The notes under the pieces were generated by a model, which ran no database searches, had not been told where the DNA came from, and was given only the letters and a program-made list of their open reading frames with translations. Below are positions 58,864-64,000 of a stretch of DNA of 64,000 nucleotides, one piece after another. Made by a program: the position numbers and the translations under genes. Where the stretch lies: assembly GCA_951406725.2 (NCBI GenBank), contig OX597818.1:145700001-145764000 (forward strand), in the 5' to 3' direction. How positions within the stretch are numbered: the stretch's first letter is position 1; each line of letters opens with the position of its first letter. The stretch comes from Octopus vulgaris. Taxonomy: Eukaryota.

Positions 58864-59094
58864 CTTTACTATCCACAAGGGGCTAAACACAGAGGGGACA
58901 AACAAGGACAGACAAACGGATCAAGTCAATTACACTGACCCCAGTGCGTAACTGGTACTTAATTTATCGACCCCGAAAGGATGAAAGGCAAAGTCGACCT
59001 CGGCGGAATTTGAACTCAGACCGTAACGGCAGACGAAATACGGCTACGCATTTCACCCGGCGTGCTAACCACTCTGCCAGCCCCTCGCCGCCTT
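58864..59094 (-). mobile_element. SINE family A, full length
   Basis: Reverse complement of the 56016 copy including the same tail; perfect 15-bp TSD TATATGTATCTATTT (58849-58863, 59095-59109). Confidence 0.9.
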
Positions 59095-59175
59095 TATATG
59101 TATCTATTTAGAGATTACACGCACGCGCACACACATAAACACAAACACATGCAGGCACACACACACGTGTGTATG

Positions 59176-59212
<37 letters not shown>

Positions 59213-59216
59213 ATAT

Positions 59217-59635
59217 CTCTTTTACTCTTTACTCTTTTACCTGTTTCAGTCATTTGACTGCGGCCATGCTGGAGCACCGCCTTTAGTCGAGTAAATCGAC
59301 CCCGGGACTTATTCTTTGTAAGCCTAGTACTTATTCTATCGGTCTCTTTTGCCGAACCGCTAAGTGACGGGGACGTAAACACACCAGCATCGGTTGTCAA
59401 GCAATGCTAGGGGGACAAACACAGACACACAAACATATAGACACACATACATACATATATATATACATATATACGACGGGCTTCTTTCAGTTTCCGTCTA
59501 CCAAATCCACTCACAAGGCTTTGGTCGGCCCGAGACTATAGTAGAAGACACCTGCCCAAGGTTCCACGCAGTGGGACTGAACCCAGAACCATGTGGTTGG
59601 TTAGCAAGCTACTTACCACACAGCCACTCCTACGC
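59217..59635 (-). mobile_element. SINE family B, full length
   Basis: Reverse complement of the family B sequence seen at 15414 and 45547, with GTAAAAGA tail repeats. Confidence 0.9.
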
Positions 59636-60247
59636 ACATACATACATACATTTCTACACACACATATATACAAACACGCACACACACATACACGCACACA
59701 CACGCACACGCACACATACACACATGAACGCACATATACCTCCACACACACAACATATACATGCATGCACACACATGCATACACACACGTACATACACAC
59801 ACACACACATGAACGCACATATACCTCCACATACACAACATACACACACGCACACAATTACACACACATACATTCACTTCCATACTCACTCACACGCATA
59901 TACACACACAAACGCGCACACACACACTCCGTTACTGCCACACACACACGCACGGTATCACACGCATGCCACCACTCCACCACCACCACACTCACATATT
60001 CTCAGTTACTGCCACACACACGCTACCATACACACACACGTTATCACACACAATGCCACCGCACGCACAACGCGCACATACCTACACATACTCAGAGATA
60101 CCAACCATTCTTCATACTCTCCTGTCCCAGGACGAACTTTCTCTTTATTCATCGTCTTCGGGTCCCTCCAAAATGTAACTACACGTGGACTGTTGGCCAT
60201 TCTTTTCCTCTTTCTTCGTTTTCTCTTGGACTTTCCTATGCTTCCTA

Positions 60248-60279
60248 TTTCCGAAGAAGAGTTTTGCTCGAAACGTAAA
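60248..60279 (+). ncRNA. Minimal hammerhead-like motif with one core substitution
   Basis: TTT-CCGAAGA-A-GAG ttttg CTC-GAAA-CG-TA-AAA: layout of Penelope-type minimal hammerheads, with CUGA changed to CCGA. Confidence 0.5.
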
Positions 60280-60378
60280 ACAACCACTCCTTCCTTCTCT
60301 GAGCATCTCATTAATACTTGGCATGTATCACGTCCTACGCTGTTGTTTCTTTATTGCCGTTTTTCTCCGTTTTTTCAC

Positions 60379-60419
<41 letters not shown>

Positions 60420-60422
<3 letters not shown>

Positions 60423-60946
60423 GTCATCCCGTAAGTTCTGTCCGAATTTTGAATAAAGAAAACAAGTGATCAAATGTTATATTTAATTGAAATTTAATCA
60501 TCACTGTACTTTCCCTGATTATCTATGACTTCCTTCCATCTATTTACAAGCTTTTTAATCCCATCAATGTAAAACTCTATTGGTTTCAAAGCGAAGAACT
60601 TTGAAATGTCAGTTTCAACCTCCTCCTGGCTTGCGAAAGTTTTGTCCCCCAAAGGATTCTGTAAACTACGAAACAAATGGTAGTCTGAAGAAGCAAGGTC
60701 GGGGATGAATAAGGTGGAGGAAAATTTTTTCCCAACCAAGCTCTTCGATCTTCTGTGATGTGATCTTTGCAGTATGGGGTCGCGCATTGTCCTGATGAAA
60801 CATCCCACCTTTTCGATTCATTAAAGCGGGTCTTTTTTTTTCTTCAAAGCTTGGTTCAAACGCTCTAATTGCTGACTTGAGCATTGATTGTTGCATTAGG
60901 TGGTAACAATTCAAAGTGAGTTACTCCATTGCAATCCCATCAGATA
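60420..60946 (-). mobile_element. Mariner element, 3' half only
   Basis: FHQDNARPHTA, PDLASSDYHLFRSL, GIKKLVNRWKEVIDNQGKY motifs; one terminal sequence CAGGTCATCCCGTAAGTTCTGTCCGA next to (TA)n; truncated against the Helitron remnant. Confidence 0.9.
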
Positions 60947-62230
60947 GATGTTTTCCTAATATTACGAACAGGTGTGTCAGCGTTAACAAAGTTCAAGGCC
61001 ACTTGGATATTAATGTAGATTGTTCTTTCTCTCAAAGTGAAGTACTAGTACCCGAAGAAGCTTTCTCTTCGTTGTCGCAATTTCGCAAGTAACAGTTTAA
61101 TGACAAAGGTTTTACCAGCACCAGGAAAAGAGTCCTCTCAACGAAAAACCCTTTGGAGTATAGCATTTTTGACCGCAATTTGGGTTCGTTTTCACTAACA
61201 TGCCTTGAAAGGTCTTCAATATTGTAGAAAGTTTCACTTAATAGCTGTTGTTAAACTATCGACTTCAGAATGGTTGATACGAGGAAGACAGAACTCAGGC
61301 AATTCATTCGTTCTCATGGAAACAACTTTGTCTTCAATAGAAATTAATGTTGTACTCTAGATTTCAATACTGTATTCTATTTTACTGCATCTAAATCTGG
61401 CATCTGCATTTCGCAGCAAGACCATTTCAGTATCTTAACCATATTGATATTGGACCCCCTAAATCACTGTTTTTAAACAGAATAACAAGCAGTGTTCTCA
61501 AGCTCCTTTCTGTACATGTCACCGAAACTTTCAGCCTGTAGCAATCCAAATCTAAACGATACACCTCTATAAGAAGCAAAGATTCTTTTAGAAATATCAA
61601 CGGTTCGAAGGTCAAGAAAGGATCAGGGGTGACGGATTTCAAGAAGAAAGTAAAAACATTAAGTAAAAGCATTCTAACTTGGTTGCACAATAGAAATTGC
61701 TCCTACATCATTGTCAAATTGTATATCAGGATAATTGAAAATTGCAGCGCCTGTTTTTCTGTTTATTGGTTTATGTATTATAAGACGGTAATTGATGACT
61801 CAACAGGGTTTTAACGAAAAAGACTATCTGGCAAGGTCTAAACATTGTTGTTGATGTAGTTTCCCTTAGATGATGCTGAGAAATAGTTTCTGTTGTATGT
61901 AAAATTATTTCTTTGTCCATTCTCTAAATGAACAACCAATTGTATAGAAGGATATCGTTCACGAATAGGTAAACAAAACGCTTCATTACGACAAATATAA
62001 CATCTCATCTTGAAATATCTGAAATATCTGTTGTTTGAGATTGAACACAGCAGGATCAGAATCTTTCATAGCGTATTTACAAATGTACTCGACTAACTTT
62101 ATGGAATTACAGTACTCTATATTTAATGGACATAGACTGTTTTAGTCTAAAACACAATCCATTGATTACCAATTACGTTACTAATTTTTGTTTCAAAACC
62201 CCTATTTTGTATCGCCTCTTGTTACTATGA
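60947..62230 (-). mobile_element. Helitron RepHel pseudogene (end of Rep region through start of PIF1-like helicase)
   Basis: Hand translation of the minus strand gives NQWIV, NIEYCNSIKLVEYICKY..DSD (~62055-62124), LPIRERYP..VHLENGQR (~61910-61965), RMLLLNV, LRTLLVIL, Walker A PGAGKTFVIKLLLAKLRQ (~61070-61125), ASSG and LNFVNADTPVRNI, matching Helitron consensus blocks in the correct order. Confidence 0.85.
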
Positions 62231-62233
62231 AGA

Positions 62234-62800
62234 ATGTCCTCCATCACATGCTGTAGTGATCCCAGATGCGTCATCATGCGTAGAGCCGACCAGCTGTACC
62301 TGTGCTCTACATCGCTGGCGGTCCTGTGCCAGCGCCTCTGCATCTTACAAGGAGACGTCGAGCCTCTGGAGATCTTCCACAGTTACGCCCAGCCATCTGG
62401 TGCGGGGCCCGCCATGAAGCCCCTTTCAACTCGCAGCTGCTGCGTTGAATGAGAGTAAAGCCAACAATGGAGACCTGACCCTGGAGATAAATCGCACGGA
62501 TCATGTACTCCCTATAGAATCTCCACTGGTGCTACTGCTCTATCTCCCGGAAGACGAAGTTCCGCATCTACAACGGATCGGTCCTCTCCATTCTCCTCTA
62601 TGGAACGGAAACGTGGCCCCTCTCAAAGACCCTGACGAAGAAGACCAACGGCTTCGATAGCAGAGTCCTGAGAACCATCGAGAACAGATGGCACCATTAC
62701 ACTTCCAACAAAGAACTGCGTGCGCGCATGCATCAGCTCCCCGCCCACCTCATAGCTATCCGTACGGACATGTCATCCGACTCCCGCTGGATCAGTCTAC
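62234..62800 (+). mobile_element. RTE-clade LINE fragment (RT C-terminal region) interrupting the Helitron
   Basis: GC-rich island translating to ISRKTKFRIYNGSVLSILLYGTETWPL..GFDSRVLRTI..SNKELRAR..YGHVIRLP. Confidence 0.85.
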
Positions 62801-63960
62801 CATTGCATTTGTTCATATTTTTGTCTGTAAATGTTTTTCTTTTATAAATCCTACTTTTCAGTCTTTTACATTCTCTAATGCGTCATTTATTTTGTCATTC
62901 TCTCTCCTTTTTGCAATCTTACTTTTTTTGTCTTTCTTATTTTCAAGTACTTTTTATTTCAAAAATTTCCTGTCTCTGCTGTCTTTTTTCTCTGTTATTT
63001 CACTTCCTTGTTCACTTGTCCACCTTTCATATCCCTTCACTTTTGTAACTTTATTTTCTATCTTTTTCGTTTTCTTCTGATATTATCTTACTCTTATGCG
63101 CTGATACTCTTTAAATTCTCATTTCTTTTTTACTGACGTATGATGATTTCCTTCCCTCTGCATTCCTCTTTATTCTCATGATTGTTTATAGAAAAGGGAA
63201 CATCGTAGTGATCGTTATCACTTAGACCACAATATGATACAGGGATGTTCCTTTTCGTAAGCGTTTGACCACGTATGAGAAAGAATTATTTCAACGTTAT
63301 TTTTGAGATACTAAACTGCTACATTGCACAATTCACTAATGACAGCAAATATGTAATTCCGCTATATGCTGACGTATGTTTGATATTCCTCTATTGTGCT
63401 GTTAGGAATAAAGGAATGAACATGCCTCCAATTAATGTGTATGTGCTGTACGGCTTCTCAAAGAGTTCGGTAACTTGCACTGTTATTGAGCAAGACTGAC
63501 ACGATTCTAAACATGCAGTTAACCCTAACCCCCGACTTTTAAAAGAGAAAGTTAATTTGATTTTGTTCAATATTTTTCAATGAATTTAATTAGATACTTT
63601 GCCTTCAGTTTAAACTTTAGATGGCTTCTTCACGAAGAGAACGATGATTGACAACGTCAAAACCAAAGACTGATAAGAGTCAAAACAATACCAATTTCCT
63701 CCTTAGAAAGCTGTCTTCCTAGCTTCGAGATCCATGACTCACTAAGTACAATTTTATATAAAAAAAAAAGAAAGAGAAAATGAACATTTTTCAATGAATT
63801 TAATAAGACACTTCACTTTCAATGTTGACTTTAGACACCTTTGTGAAGAGTATAGGGATTAATAATGTCATCAAGCAAAAGTGATAGGATTCAAAGCAAT
63901 TAGTGTTCCTACTATAGAAAGTTATCTTTTGCTTGCAACTGGAAAAAGAAATACTTTCGT
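62800..63960 (-). pseudogene. Probable Helitron N-terminal region with OTU cysteine-protease-like remnants
   Basis: Minus strand: GGNWYCF / LLSVFGFDVVNHRSLREEAI (~63625-63710), a diverged second copy containing TNCF (~63800-63925), DHYDV (HYD at 63202-63210), then a K/R/E-rich stretch; same strand as and upstream of the RepHel remnant. Heavily decayed. Confidence 0.45.
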
Positions 63961-64000
63961 TGTTTCCGGATGATTTCGGTTTGAACATCGTTTGTCTAAT

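Noticed and set aside
62632-62662. CTGACGA-A-GAAG..CTTC-GATA hammerhead look-alike
   Set aside because: GAAA box and cleavage site are absent, and it lies within RTE coding sequence.

Overview
AT-rich, microsatellite-saturated animal genomic DNA. The SINE families and repeat landscape resemble an octopus (cephalopod) genome; this is inferred, not verified. Nearly all long ORFs in the track are artefacts of simple repeats. One credible host coding exon is present (52610-52812, +), encoding the N-terminus and first transmembrane helix of an unidentified membrane protein, with candidate upstream non-coding exons. Most of the window is therefore probably intronic or 5' flank. The rest is decayed mobile DNA: a full-span Ty3/Gypsy element with LTRs, PBS, PPT and TSD; Tc1 and mariner elements; a Helitron with OTU-protease-like remnants; a HINE/DINE-like element; RTE and R4-like LINE fragments; Penelope-like remnants; and at least four tRNA-derived SINE families. 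The most interesting unannotated signals are hammerhead-ribozyme-like motifs, most of them beside Penelope-like remnants (one near-intact with an unusually long stem II), and several locally generated inverted duplications that would form dsRNA if transcribed. All family assignments were made by eye from motifs; no database searches were run.
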